NCBI RefSeq assembly: GCF_004010195.1
Contig: NC_057720.1
Span: forward strand, 13,411,108 to 13,475,107
Direction of reading: 5' to 3'
Origin: Chiloscyllium plagiosum
Lineage: Eukaryota
Length of the DNA stretch: 64,000 bases
Shown: piece by piece, positions 38,866-51,539 of the stretch
Numbering within the stretch: the stretch's first letter is position 1
Layout: every line of letters begins with the position of its first letter
Made by a program: the position numbers and the translations under genes
The notes under the pieces: model-generated
Databases searched by the model: none
Told to the model about the DNA's origin: nothing
What the model saw: only the letters and a program-made list of their open reading frames with translations

Positions 38866-39326
38866 GATATCCATTACAAATCCACTACCTTCCAGAGCTA
38901 CCGCAATGCTAGATGATCACACCCTATTTCCTATAAGGATTCTATCCCATTATCCCAGTTTCTCTGTGTCTGTCACATCTATTCTGATGGTGCTACCTTT
39001 CAGAAGGGAGCCTCAGAAATGTCATTAACCAAGGATTCCTCACCACCCTGGTTGACGGGACCCTCAGCCCTGTCAGACCCATCTCTTGCACGTCAACCAT
39101 CGCCCCTTCCCTTCTCTCCCTTCAACAACAGTAGGGTCTTCCTCATCTTCACTGACCCCCCCGCAGCTGCCATTACTGCCACTTCCAGTGGGATGCCACC
39201 ACCAGACATAACAGCAGCAGGTGCATGGGAACCCCAGCACCTCAGATCACTCACCAACCTGTTTTGGAAATAAATTGCCATTTCTTCAGTTTTGCTGGCT
39301 CAAAATCCCAATGTTCCCTCCCTATT

Positions 39327-40034
39327 CAAGATGGGTGGGCTGAGCACAGGCTCATCTACTCCTGTTCTTTCTCTTCCTTTTTTCTCTTTCTTCTTTGGTG
39401 CTTTTTTTTTCCCTTTTTCCTTTTTCTTTTTGTCTTTATTTTCTGCTTTTGAGTATGAAGAGTGGCTGTGAAGGGAGGACATATTTGGCGACGGCAGCAG
39501 CAGCACAGGCATGAGCTGAACATAGCTTCATCCCAGCCCGGGGTCTCCCAGCAAGTGAGAAACAGCTTCTGGGCTAACTCGCAGGCTAGGCTAAGGCTCC
39601 TGGTTCACAGCTGGGCCCGGGGCACCTGGAGGAGGAGAGGGTTTGGTTTCAGCACAGCCTGATGGTCTCCCAGAGTGGTAGTCTTGTGCCAGAGTGGAGG
39701 GCTCTTCACCATGTGGTGGTTTTCTCCGTCATTGGCTTCCAGGTGTTCAAGTGGCCTGGCGGACAGTCTTGTCCAGGAATGGTGGTCATGGCCTAACATG
39801 GCGGTCTTTTCAGCAGGCTTCCGGCCCAGTATTCCAGCTGCGACTTCAGGGTATCCCATTGTTCCTTAATCAGCTTTTCCCAAATCCAGGAGTCATTAAA
39901 TGAACTTTTTTTTCATTATTTTATATGACTTCTGTCATTGATGTAGGTGCTGCAATGGAGTGACTTATAAAAATTTTCACTGCATTCACCTTGTAAAAAT
40001 GTGGCAATGAATTTCTATTCTATTCTATTCTATT
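39327..40034 (+). mobile_element. Non-coding retroposon with CAAGATGG start and Rex1-like tail ending (CTATT)n
   Basis: Interrupts a LINE/SINE tail that rejoins across it; 3' end TTTTCACTGCAT...GTGGCAATGAA resembles 46625-46680. Confidence 0.5.
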
Positions 40035-40609
40035 TGATTGGCATTCTGGGTCAATCCACAGCACATGGACTGTAGCAGTTCAAGAAGGCAACTCACCACC
40101 ACCTTCTCAATGGGCAACAAGGGGCGGGGAATAAACGCTGACCCAGTCCCTGATGGCACACATCCCATGAGTGAACTAAAAAAAACCCTGATTCATTCCT
40201 CCTCCACTCACAACAGCTCCCGACATCCCCAATGCAATTTGCAGAAAGTACAGTACCTGCCTGTTTACTTTCTCCCTCCTCACTATCCAAAGTCCCAGAC
40301 ACACCTTCCAGGTGAAGCAGCACTTTAACCTGCATTACACTCAATCTAGTCTACTGTATCTGCATTTCGCACAGTGGTGTCCACTACATTGGGGAGACAA
40401 AGTGGAGATTGGGTGACTGCCTAATGGAGCATGTACATTCTGTCCATAAAAATGACCCTCCAACCCTCATCTTCACTCCTTTATCAGCATAAATACTACC
40501 TTTTTCTCACTATTATCGGTTCTGAAGAAGAGTCACTGGATCCAAAACATTGACTCTGCTTTGTCTTCATAGAAAGTTTCTGCCAGTTTCTCCAACAGCT
40601 TCTGTTTTT

Positions 40610-41040
40610 AGACCATAAGACATAGGAGTGGAAGCAAGGCCATTTGGCCCATCAAGTCCACTCTACCATTTAATCATGGCTGATGGGCATTACAACTCTA
40701 CTTACCCGCACTCTCCCCGTAGCCCTTAATTCTTTGCGAGATCAAGAACTTGAAGACACCAAACAATCCGGCCTCCACTGCGCTCCATGGCAATGAATTT
40801 CATAGGACTACCTCTCTGGCTGAAGAAATCTCTCCTCATTTTTGTTCTATATTGACCCTGTCTAATTTTAATGCTGTGCCCACAGTCCTGGTCTCCCTGC
40901 CTAACGGAAACAACTTCCCAGCGTCCACCCTTTCTAAGCCATGCATTATCTTGTAAGTTTCTATTAGATCTCCCCTCAACCTTCTAAACTCTAATGAATA
41001 CAATCCCAGGATCCTCAGTTGATCATCATTAGTTAGGGTG
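40610..41040 (-). mobile_element. CR1 3' fragment
   Basis: Tail CATAAGACATAGGAGTGGAAG...GGCCATT; reverse LEFRRLRGDLIETYKI. Confidence 0.8.
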
Positions 41041-42257
41041 TTGTTTCAGATTTGTTTCAGATATGCAACTTCTGCAGTTCTTTGTACTATTCTTCATTTA
41101 CAATGAGTCCATTAACTAAATCTGGATCATTACTCATGGCTTCAAATGAAAAGTTTGAAACGGACTGAAATGTTAACCTGTTTCACTCTCCAATGATGTT
41201 ACCAGACATGCTGAGTTTCTACAGCAATTTATGATGTTTTTTCAGATTTGCGGTAATTGCCTTTATCTCGCATCCATCCGGGGGCCTTGTGATATTTTGC
41301 TGTGTGAAATGCGCCCGAATTAAAGGTATTGTTCCCGTCCTTGTGACAATTTCCATGGTAACAGCCTAAAAATTTTAACCCTTCAGGTCCTGCTCTTTGA
41401 TTTAGATCCTAGTTCTTGGAAGCAGATCCTCTTCCCAAAAAGTGTTACTACAGAATATAAACATTCAATCGTCCTTTACATGGGGCAGGGTACTTAACAA
41501 AGTTAGGCCCTAGCTAGCTGAAGGCTTGATTCTCAAACAGAAAGATGGGGATTCAAAAGAGTTGGAGAGTTTTAGGGCTTGATGGTGTTAAGAGTTCGGG
41601 AGGAATGAGACCATGGAGTTAATTTTTTTAAATTCATTCAGGGGATGAGGGCATCGCTGGCTAGGCCAACATTTATTGGCCATCCCTAACTGAGAGTCAA
41701 CCACATTACTGAGAGTCTGGAGTAACATGTGGGCCAGACCAGTTAAGGATGGCAGTTTCCTTCCTCAAAGCTCATTAGTGAACCAAATGGATTATTCTGA
41801 CAATCGACAGTGGATTCATGGTCATCATTAGACTCTTTTTTTAAATTGAATTCAGGATTCATGGCAGGATTCAAACTCAGGCCTAGGTCTCTCACTAACA
41901 GTTCAGCGATAATATCTCTAGGTCATAGCCTCCCCATAATTGATCACAAAGATCTAATAATACATTTGAACTATTGCTTAACTGGGAGCGAATGTATAGT
42001 AGTGACCATATGGGTGATGAGTGAACAGGAATTGGTGTGAGTTAGAGGTACTGACTGCAGAGCATTGGAAGAGCTGGAGCTAGTGGTGTGCATTGAAAGA
42101 TGAGAGATCAGCCAGGACGGATTTGGAATAGCCTTATCTGATGCTCGAGTGAGGGTTTTGGTTGCTGACAGACTGAGGGCAAGGTAGGAGACTGACAAGA
42201 AAGGGATGGAAGAAGGCAGTATTGATGATGTAGAAAATAAGAGGTAGGAAGCTATAG

Positions 42258-42840
42258 GACATAGAGAGTCATAGAGTCATAGAGTTATAAAGGACGGAAA
42301 CAGACCCTTTGGTCCAACTTATCCACGTCGAGCAGATATCCTAAATTAATCTAGCCCCATTTGCCAGCACTTGGCACATATCCCTCTAAACCCTTGCTAT
42401 TAATATACCCATCCAGATGCTTTTTAAATGTTGTAATTGTAACAGCTCCCACCACTTCTTCCGGCAGCTCATTCCATACACACACCACCCTCTGTGTGAA
42501 AAGGTTGCCCCTTAGGTCCCTTTTAAATCTTTTCCCTCTCACATTAAACCTCTGCCCTCTGGTTTGAACTCCGCTACCCTGGGGGCAAAGATCTTGGCTC
42601 TTCACCCTATTCATGCCTCCCATGATTTTATAAACCTCTATAAGGTCACCCCTCAATCTTCAACGCTCCAGGGAAATTAGTCCCAGCCTATTCAGCCTCC
42701 TCCTATAGCTCAAACCTTCCAACCCTGGCAACACTCTTGTGAATTTTTTCTGAACACTTGCAAGTTTCATAACATTCTTCCTATAGGAGGGAGACCAGAA
42801 TTGAAGGCAGTATTCCAAAAGTACCCTATCTAATGTCCTG
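42258..42840 (-). mobile_element. CR1 3' fragment with (TGACTCTA)n tail
   Basis: ORFs 42351-42656 and 42660-42911. Confidence 0.9.
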
Positions 42841-44329
42841 AGGTTGTAATGTAACTGGCTCAGCCTTAGATAATGAATAGTGTGTTGGGGTGTGGGAGTA
42901 GTTAGGAGCAATTTGTTTGGTGAACCTCACAGCAGAATGGAATATTCTAATCATGGCCTTCATGGAGATGCTCATTGTGAGGTCATGACGCTATTTCCTT
43001 TGGCTTTGAACATCTTGGAGTCAATCAGATCATGAGAGTGTCTTGAGGGTAGCTGGATTTTGATTGCTGAAGATCTATTAATATACTGAAAAAATATATT
43101 TAAATGTGTTAACTAGCATCCAGACAGCCTCTGTAACTAATTATGTTCTGACCAGCCCTTCGCATTGTTTCGAACTTGTTTCCGGACCCCCTCAACAATT
43201 TTGGTGCTGCCACACAAATCACTCCTTGAGTCTTGGCACGGATTTGCAGAACGTTGTAGGAGCTGGATGTGACCAACTTTATTTACAAAGGAATTATTCA
43301 GCATGGACATGAGAATAGTACCCTCTTCATGGTTTCCCCTTCCTTTTTACTAATTGCATTTCTTGGTCGGAGAAGTAACACATTTAATTTAACCAAGGCA
43401 TCTTTGGCCCCTTCAAAACAATTCAACCTCATTCTGTTTAAATTAGGATGCATTTATTCCATGTGAGTTTACACTGGCCTCAGGCTGCCTCCTAAAACTA
43501 TCAAATGCAATATCATTGTGAAAGCGGTTTATGTGTTTACAATGCGATTGCAGTGTGTTATATTCAGCTGATCTCAAAACCATTAGACATGGTTTAAGAT
43601 AAACAGGAACTTAGAGGCCAGCACAATAACGGCAGTGTTATGATTGAGTTTTTAATATAACTTCAACCTCTGGAGATTCGAATATACAAAACAGCTGAAT
43701 CAAACGATTGTTCAGGGGGGCAAAATGTTCTCATTATGACTAAGTATTATTACATCCGATGGGATGCATAATATAAATGTAGAAAAGAGCTGTCCGCCAA
43801 TCTTGAAGTATTATTTATAACTTTCCTCAGTTTTTCTCCACAAAATGCTTGAATAATTATGAGGAGCCACACTGGGTATTGATTGTACAACAGTTTATAC
43901 AAATCTATTAACTTGTCAACTTTCCAATTGGGAAACAGGCAGCTCTTTGATTGTTGACTGTTTATTTGTGATCCCTTGCTACTATGTCTGATTTGAGGAG
44001 ATAGTAGCATAATGGTAATGTCACTGGACTGGACATGAAGCCTAATAATCTGGGACATGAGTTCAAATCCCACTGGCGAATTTAAGCTCAATAAAATGAG
44101 CAAAGTCCAGAATTACAATCAGTAATGATAACCAACAAATAATGTCATAAAAAGATCCACTGGTTCACCAATATCTGCCATTCTTACCCAGTCTGGCCTA
44201 CATGTGACCCACAATAATGGAGTTGGCTCTGAAATGGCTGAGCAATGCTGCTTAGCTCTAGGGCAGTGAGAGACAGACATCAAACCCTGGACTTGTCTGT
44301 GACATGAAAATAATAAATTTAGATGTTAA

Positions 44330-44640
44330 CCATGCCTCGCTCTTATCTCTGAGGCAGAAGACTATGGGATCCATTCTAGAGATTTGAGCAAATAACCCAG
44401 ACTGTTACATCCCTGTGAAAGAGTGTTGCACTGTTGGAGATGTCATCTTTCAAATGAGACATTAAGGGCAGGCCTCCCGCTGCTTTATGTGGTGGAAGTA
44501 GAATATTTAATGGCACCATGTTAAGAAGAGCAGACAAATTCTCTGTTCCTCAGCCAGTATTTAACTTCTAACTAACTTCACAAAAATAGATTATCTGGTT
44601 GTTGTCATATCATTTTTGGAGGTCTTGCTGAGTACAAGTT
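44330..44640 (+). mobile_element. Deu-domain SINE (SacSINE1-like)
   Basis: GGAGATGTCATCTTTCAAATGAGACATTAA...GGCACCATGTTAAGAAGAGCAG...AGATTATCTGGTT. Confidence 0.7.
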
Positions 44641-45214
44641 GTTTTTGTTATAATTCAGTCTGAGGATGTGAACATCGCTGGTTGGTCAACATTTAACACT
44701 CATGTCTCAGTGCCCTTGTACAGGTCGTGGTGTTAAGCTGCCTTCCTGAATCACTGCAGTCCAGGGAGGATAGGTGCGCTCACAGGACTGCGAGGGAGGC
44801 TGTTCCAGTGACAGTGAAGGAACAGTGATATGGTTGAACCAATTAGGACACTATCTTTATGACAATAGCATCTGCTCTTCAAAAGAACTTCATTGGCCGC
44901 AAAACTCTTGTGGTGTTCTGAGGTTATAAAAGGCACTCAACTCAAACACTTTGCCTTCTGCATCGACCCTTTAGACTATCCACTTAGAAATTCCAAGTAG
45001 GGCTGCATTTCAAATTGAATTTCCAGTTTGGATTAGCATTGTTCCTGTTACTGCAGGGAGCCCCACGGTGCTGTATTTAAGACATCCTGTTGGAAGAAGA
45101 TGAATGAGGTTTATGATATAACATTCAATCCTCTTACTGCCTATTGCTTCAGATACAGGCAGTACACAACATCTTTCTGTTAATTTAAATAGCACTGGTT
45201 AAATTAAATGCACT

Positions 45215-45388
45215 AGATTAGAGTGGTGCTGGAAAAGCACAGCAGGTCAGGCAGCATCCGAGGAGCAGGAAAATCGAAGTTTCAGGCAATTTTCCCGCTC
45301 CTCAGATGCTGCTTGACCTGCTGTGCTTTTCCAGCACCACTCTAATCTAGACTCTGATCTCCAGCATCTGCAGTCCTCACTTTTGCCT
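45215..45388. mobile_element. Fold-back PLE family A mini-element
   Basis: Inverted arms; 13-bp TSD AATTAAATGCACT (45202-45214 and 45389-45401). Confidence 0.85.
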
Positions 45389-46199
45389 AATTAAATGCAC
45401 TGCTGAGCGGAGCAGAGGACTGAAGTACATGCAAGGTGGGCACCAATTGAAGCCAACCCGCATTTTTCAGAGGAGAGCTACATGGTGGCTGTGGCAGTGG
45501 CTGGGGAAGAGTATCTGAACCACAAAAAGAGAGATTATGGCAGTAGGGCTTTGTTAAAGGAAAGAGTGATCTAACAGCAAATGTCACTAGACTAATAATT
45601 CATTAGCACAGGCTAATGTTCTGAAGATATAAGTTCAAATCCCATCACGTCAGTTGGGGAAATTCAAATTCCTTGAATAAAATCTGGAATTAAAAACTCG
45701 TCTCAGTAATGGTGACCATGAGGCTACCATCAACTGTTGTAAAAGCACAACTGGTTCGCCAGTGTCAACCAGGGTCATCCTTACCTGGGCAGAAGTGGGT
45801 GATGCAGGTGCTGGAGATTAGTGTTGTGCCAGAAAAGCACAGAAGTCCAGGCAGCATCCAAGGAGCAGGAAAATCGACATATCAGGAAAAAGCCCTTCAT
45901 CCTTACCTGGTCTGCCCTTCATATAAAAACAAACCCATAGCAAAGTGGCTGAGTCTTATGGACTCTCTAAAATGCAGCAAAGCAATTCCATTCGAGGGAG
46001 ATTAGGGATCGGTAATGAATTCTGACCTTACCAGACGTGCCTGCATACAGTGACAGAATAAAAATAAATCAGTTGCACACCTAGAGATCGGGATCCTTTC
46101 TGGTTACTGTGCATGTCTGCATTGAGATGGGATGTTCACAAATGAGAGATGCATGACACAGTCGATGGTATCTTGCAGCTCAGTAACTTATCAGTGTTT

Positions 46200-46685
46200 G
46201 AATGCACGTACAAACAGATTCAAGAACAGCTTCTTCCCTCCCATTATCAGATTTTTGAATGGACCTCTTTAATTTTAATGTTGATCTCTCTACACCTTCT
46301 CGGCAGCTGTAATATTGCATTCTGCACTCTGTACTGTTGGGTAAAAGTGAGGACTGCAGATGCTGGAGATCAGAGTCTAAATTAGAATGGTGCTGGAAAA
46401 GCGCAGCAGTCAGGCAGCATCCAAGGAACAGGAAAATCAACATTTCGGGCAAAAACCCTTCATTAGGAAATTCTGATGAAGGGCTTTTGCCTGAAACGTT
46501 GATTTTCCTGTTCCTCAGATGCTGCCTGACCTGCTGTGCTTTTACAGCACCACTCTCATCTAGACCCTGTACCGTTACCCTAATGCACTTATATAATATG
46601 ATCTGCCTGCAAATCATGTATGACAACACTTTCCGCTGTACCTCAGTACACATGACAATAATAAATCAGATCAAATAAAATCAAA
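46200..46685 (+). mobile_element. Rex1/Babar-type LINE 3' end with a fold-back PLE inserted (46339-46566)
   Basis: ARTNRFKNSFFPPIIRFLN C-terminus; tail TGTACCTCAGTACACATGACAATAATAAATC; PLE TSD CTGTACTGTT / CTGTACCGTT. Confidence 0.75.
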
Positions 46686-47059
46686 AATCCTGGTGAAGAT
46701 ATCCACATAAATATTGTGCCATTCATGCTAAACCTTAATTTCCCTTCACATTTGTAATGACCTGATGTCAGTGGATTAAAGAATCCCTGCTTCATGATTT
46801 TTGGGCCACCTGCATGTTCATATTTCACTTTACCTTCTAGTAATACTAAAGACTCTGAGGGAAGAAATTCTTGGTAAAATCCATGGAGGTCACTTGGGCA
46901 TAAGTAGGTGTTGAGCTCATGCACAGCAATCTGCCTGATAGCCAGGAATTCCAAAAGAAATTTAAAATTTCATATTGTCCTATCATACTTGTGCGAACAA
47001 TAGCCAGGTAATATTTGAATCCTTACTATTTTTGAGTATTTTATTAGATTATGCATAGT

Positions 47060-47345
47060 TTAGGACTAGACCTCTGACATTCACGGGAAAGCATATTTGA
47101 TCACAGTGGATTGCTATTTCTTGTGGCTGAAAGTTACCAGCCTTCTCACTCCAACAGTTAAGATAGTGATCAAGTCACTGGAGATAATCTTTTCCATGAA
47201 CAGACTTCCAAGATTGTTTCAGATGTTGATCCACAATGAAGCTTTTAAGAGATTCCCAGCAGAATCTGGAATTACTCATATTACTAGTTCTCCTCTTCAT
47301 CCACAGTCAAATGGAGACATTGGAGAGAGCAGTGAAACCCTCAGC
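47060..47345 (+). pseudogene. Ty3/Gypsy integrase core (rve) relic
   Basis: LGLDL...YLITVDCYF.WLKV...VIKSLEIIFS..., frameshifted IVSDVDPQ (=IVSDNGPQ), GITHITSSPLHPQSNG, frameshifted ERAVK. Confidence 0.85.
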
Positions 47346-48822
47346 AATGGTGAACAGTGAAGACCATGACGATGGTGAGCAGTGAAGTCCATGACGATGC
47401 TGAGTGGTGAAGATCAGGATGATGGTGAGCAGTGATGATGATGACGATGATGTGTGGTGAACACCATGATGATGGTGAGCGGTGAAGACCATGGTGATTG
47501 TGAGTGACAAAGACCAGGACAACGGTAAGTGGTGAAGACCAGAGCAATGGTGAGCATTGATGACCAGGATGGTGGTGAGCAGTGATGATCATAACAATGG
47601 TGAGCAGTGATGATCATGAAAATGGTGAGTGGTGAAAACCATGATGGTGGTGAGCTGTGATGACTATGATGATAGTGAGTGGTGAACACCATGATGATGG
47701 TGAGTGGTGAAGACTGTGATGATGGTGAGCAGTCATGACCATAATGATGGTGAGCAGTGATGGCCATGACAATGGTGAGTGGTGAATACCATGATGATGG
47801 TGAGTGGTGAACACTATGACGATGGTGAGCAGTGAAGACCACGATGATGACGAGTGATGAACACCATGATGATGGTGAGCAGTGATGACCATGACAATGG
47901 TGAGTGGTGAAGACCATGACGATGATGAATGGTAATACCATGATGATGGTGAGCAGTGATGACTGTGACAATGGTGAGTGGTGAAGACCATGACGATGGT
48001 GAGCAGTGAAGACCACGTCTCTATTCCTGATGAAGGGCTTTTGCCCGAAACATTGATTTTCCTGCTCCTCGGATGCTGCCTGACCTGCTGTGCTTTTCCA
48101 CTACCACTCTAATCAAGACCATGATGATGGTGAGTAGTGAAGACCATGATGATGGTGAGTCGTGAAGACCAGTATGGGGTGGCACGGTGGCACAGTGGTT
48201 AGCACTGCTGCCTCACAGCGCCAGAGACCTGGGTCAATTCCCGCCTCAGGCGACTCTCTGTGTGGAGTTTGCACATAATCCCCGTGTCTGCATGGGTTGC
48301 GTCTAGGTGCTCCGGTTTCCTCCCACAATCCAAAAATGGGCCATGATGATGGTGAGTGGTGAACACTATGACGATGGTGAGCAGTGAAGACCACGATGAT
48401 GACGAGTGATGAACACCATGATGATGGTGAGCAGTGATGACCATGACGATGGTGAGCAGTGAAGACCATGATGATGGTGAGCAGTGAAGACCATGATGAT
48501 GGTGAGTGGTGAACACCATGATGATGGTGAGCAGTGAAGACCATGATAATGGTGAGCAGTGATGACCATGACGAAGATGAGTGGTAATACCATGATAATG
48601 GTGAGCAGTGATGACCATGACAATGGTGAGTGGTGAAGACCATGTCTCTATTCCTGATGAAGGGCTTTCGCCCGAAATATTGATTTTCCTGCTCCTTAGA
48701 TGCTGCCTGACCTGCTGTGCTTTTCCAGCACCACTCTAATCAAGACCATGATGATGGTGAGTCGTGAAGACCATGGCGATGGTGAGTGGTGAAGACCATG
48801 ATGATGGTGAGTCGTGAAGACC
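47330..48822 (+). repeat. 25-bp minisatellite (CCATGAYGATGGTGAGCAGTGAAGA)n, interrupted by PLE and SINE pieces
   Basis: Direct reading; dozens of degenerate units. Confidence 0.9.
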
Positions 48823-48827
48823 AGTAT

Positions 48828-49145
48828 GGGGTGGCATGGTGGCACAGTGGTTAGCACTGCTGCCTCACAGTGCCAGAGACCGGGTTCAATTCCCGCTTCA
48901 GGCGACTCTCTGTGTGGAGTTTGCAAATTCTCCCCGTGTCTGCGTGGGTTGCGTCTGGGTGCTCCGGTTTCCTCCCACAATCCAAAAATGTGCAGGTTAG
49001 GTGAATTGGCCATGCTAAATTGCCCGTAGTGTTAGGTGAAGGGGTAAATGTAGGGGAATGAGTCTGGGTGGGTTGCGCTTCGGCAGGTCGGTGAGGACTT
49101 GTTGGGCCGAAGGGCCTGTTTCCACACTGTAAGTAATCTAATCTA
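48828..49145 (+). mobile_element. V-SINE, full length (truncated duplicate at 48177-48338)
   Basis: A/B boxes, V-domain, TAATC tail. Confidence 0.9.
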
Positions 49146-51539
49146 AGTAATACCTCCACCAGGCATGAAAATCCATTAAACACTCCTGAACTAGATCTTT
49201 ATGCCAATAAATGAAATCTGCCCCATGCTGCCATTTAAATTTCTCATTGCAACCATCTTCTGATAACTTTCCGGTGTCTGACATTCTATGTTTAGTCCAC
49301 TGTGCCCTGTATACAATGTACAGATGTGTCTACAAGAGCCCTCCTTTTAATTTTACAATAATTTGAATGAGTTTCAGCCAAGTAAAAATTAATCAGAGCT
49401 GGTCTTCGAACTGACTGTTTGAGGTTGAATTCAAATATCTGAAAAGTCGCAATGTCCAAGATGGTGCCCAAGGTCACTTCAGAACAAATTATTGCGCTGG
49501 TTATTTGATATTTGTTACTTTGATTCACTTGCTGGCTGGGACATGAAGAGAATGACTGAATTTCACAAGGAACTATATTAAAAAAAGAACAGGTATTTAT
49601 CATTTTTAACTCTGACTCATGTGGTACTTTCTACAAGAGCATAAGAGGAACTGAACTTTCTGGTTGGAATGTGAGTTCTGTTTTCTTTAAGGAACTCTCT
49701 GCTCACCTTCTCAGTGGCTGATCTCCAGTCCCATTGGTGGTGGTGATCCCCCAAGCTGTTCCTCTCATGTGACAGCCCACAAAGAGAGCATTGGTGGGCA
49801 CACTTGATGCAAATCCACCACTTTCTGACTCAGAGGCTCCAGAGTTCTGATGGGCACCTTGTAAAGAAGGGAAATGTGACATGGGGATAGTTCAGTGATC
49901 AGGATACAAGGTCAGGATTCTCTGCTCCTGTCATTGGATATACTACATATTGAGTAAGGAAGCATGCACACTGGCTTGATGGAGATGTGGGGAGGGCCAC
50001 ACAGCTCACAGGGGTTAGTGATGATATTGTACCTGGTGGACTATCTAGTTCAAAACCTGAATGTTGTGACCATGAGAAAAGACTTATAATCAATGAATCT
50101 TGGTCATAAATCAAACAGAAGGGTTTAAACATACTTTTTTATTTAAGGTAATTGCAGCTTTGGATCAGTTGAAGAAACATTGCAAACTGACATGTCAGAT
50201 GATCTTCTAGAGGCTGACACTGAATATTGAGTTGAATGCATCAGTTAGTCAGATCCAGAATGCCACCGACATGCCATCAGAGTTATAGAGGGATGGCTCC
50301 TCTCTAGCAAGGACAGAATGACTTATCATAAGACATATGATGCCATGTGTTATCATGGGATGAATTTTGGTCGAGTAAATAAGGAAAAATTGTATCCACT
50401 GCCGGTAATCAGAGAACACAGATTTATGACAATTGGCAAAAGAACAGGCCATTGGGGTCAGCCTTGATGAGGTGATGTGTCCTGTTTAGGCAGAAATGTA
50501 TCATGATCTGGAAGATATTGCCTGAAAAGGCGATGGAAATATATTAGAAATGCCCATTAAAAGGTAATTGAACAGATACTGAATGGTCAGGAGGAGCAGA
50601 AGGAAATTCCAGGACTATGGGATAACAATGGCTGCATGGGATTAATTGCGTACCTCTGTCAATGAGCTAGCAGAGTCAAGATGGACTGAGCGGTCTCTGT
50701 GAGACTCCCTGATTCTATATGTGACTGATCTCATCAGTGGGTGCCATAACCTGTTTTATTTTTCAAAGAGATTCCATATTTCTGCTGAAGTCGATCAGTT
50801 GACTGCACTGCTAGTGAACAACACAAAGTGGATTTGTCATCCTGTAGTTACAAAGTCTGAAAAGAAGTGACATGGCTGTGTAGTGCTACTGGAAAGAGCC
50901 CCCTTTCTCCCCTCGCCAGAACACTTAGTAATGCTCCAGTGGATTGCTGTCACTGTCGCCTTCAATTTGCCAATGAGTAAAGTGGCAATAAGCAGGAGGT
51001 GACAACAACATGCACTCTCTAACATGATGCTGTTCTCCTCAGAGAGACATTCAGAAAGTCACTGATTTGCAACAAAAGCACTTTAAATGCTGTATACTTT
51101 CTGCAGTCATTTTTCTGTCAGTTTTTACGGAACTGAAGCTTATTTTTCCTCATTCGGAAAGTAGTTACAACACCTGCAGCTGGACAGGTTTGCAAATGTT
51201 AGAACTGATGTCGGGAACTCTCCTTCATATGTAATGAGCTTTTAATAATTCTTCTAAACTCCAATGAATACAGGCCCAGCCTTGTCAGCCTTTCCTGATA
51301 AAATTAAGCTCTTCATCCTTGGAGTTAGTTAAGTGAACCTTCTCTGAACTGTTGCTAATGCAATTATATCCCCTCTAAAATAAAGAAACCAAAACTGTAC
51401 AAAGTACACCAGATGTGGGCTCAGTAAGACCCTATACAACAATAATATAAATTCCTTACCTTGTATGTTGCAGTGGTTAGTATCCAAGTGTGTACAATTG
51501 CCTACAGGAATGAAGATGAGTGAACTGATGGATGAAGGA

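Larger units (their letters stand above)
37100..40610 (+). mobile_element. Old near-full Penelope-like element (family C), RT plus GIY-YIG, heavily nested
   Basis: YLVPKTHKPG (~37140); LTLNNFSFNSSHLFQVKGMALGIHMGPSYASLF (RT motif B); INDIVG (~38425); DISVSISGDRLAADIH|YKST; YIGETKWRLGDCLMEH (~40385); terminus with a hammerhead-like motif at ~40522. Confidence 0.8.

Noticed and set aside
47307..48643. His-rich and Ser-rich minus-strand ORFs
   Set aside because: Translations of a 25-bp minisatellite whose period is not a multiple of 3; the frames rotate and run into SINE sequence.
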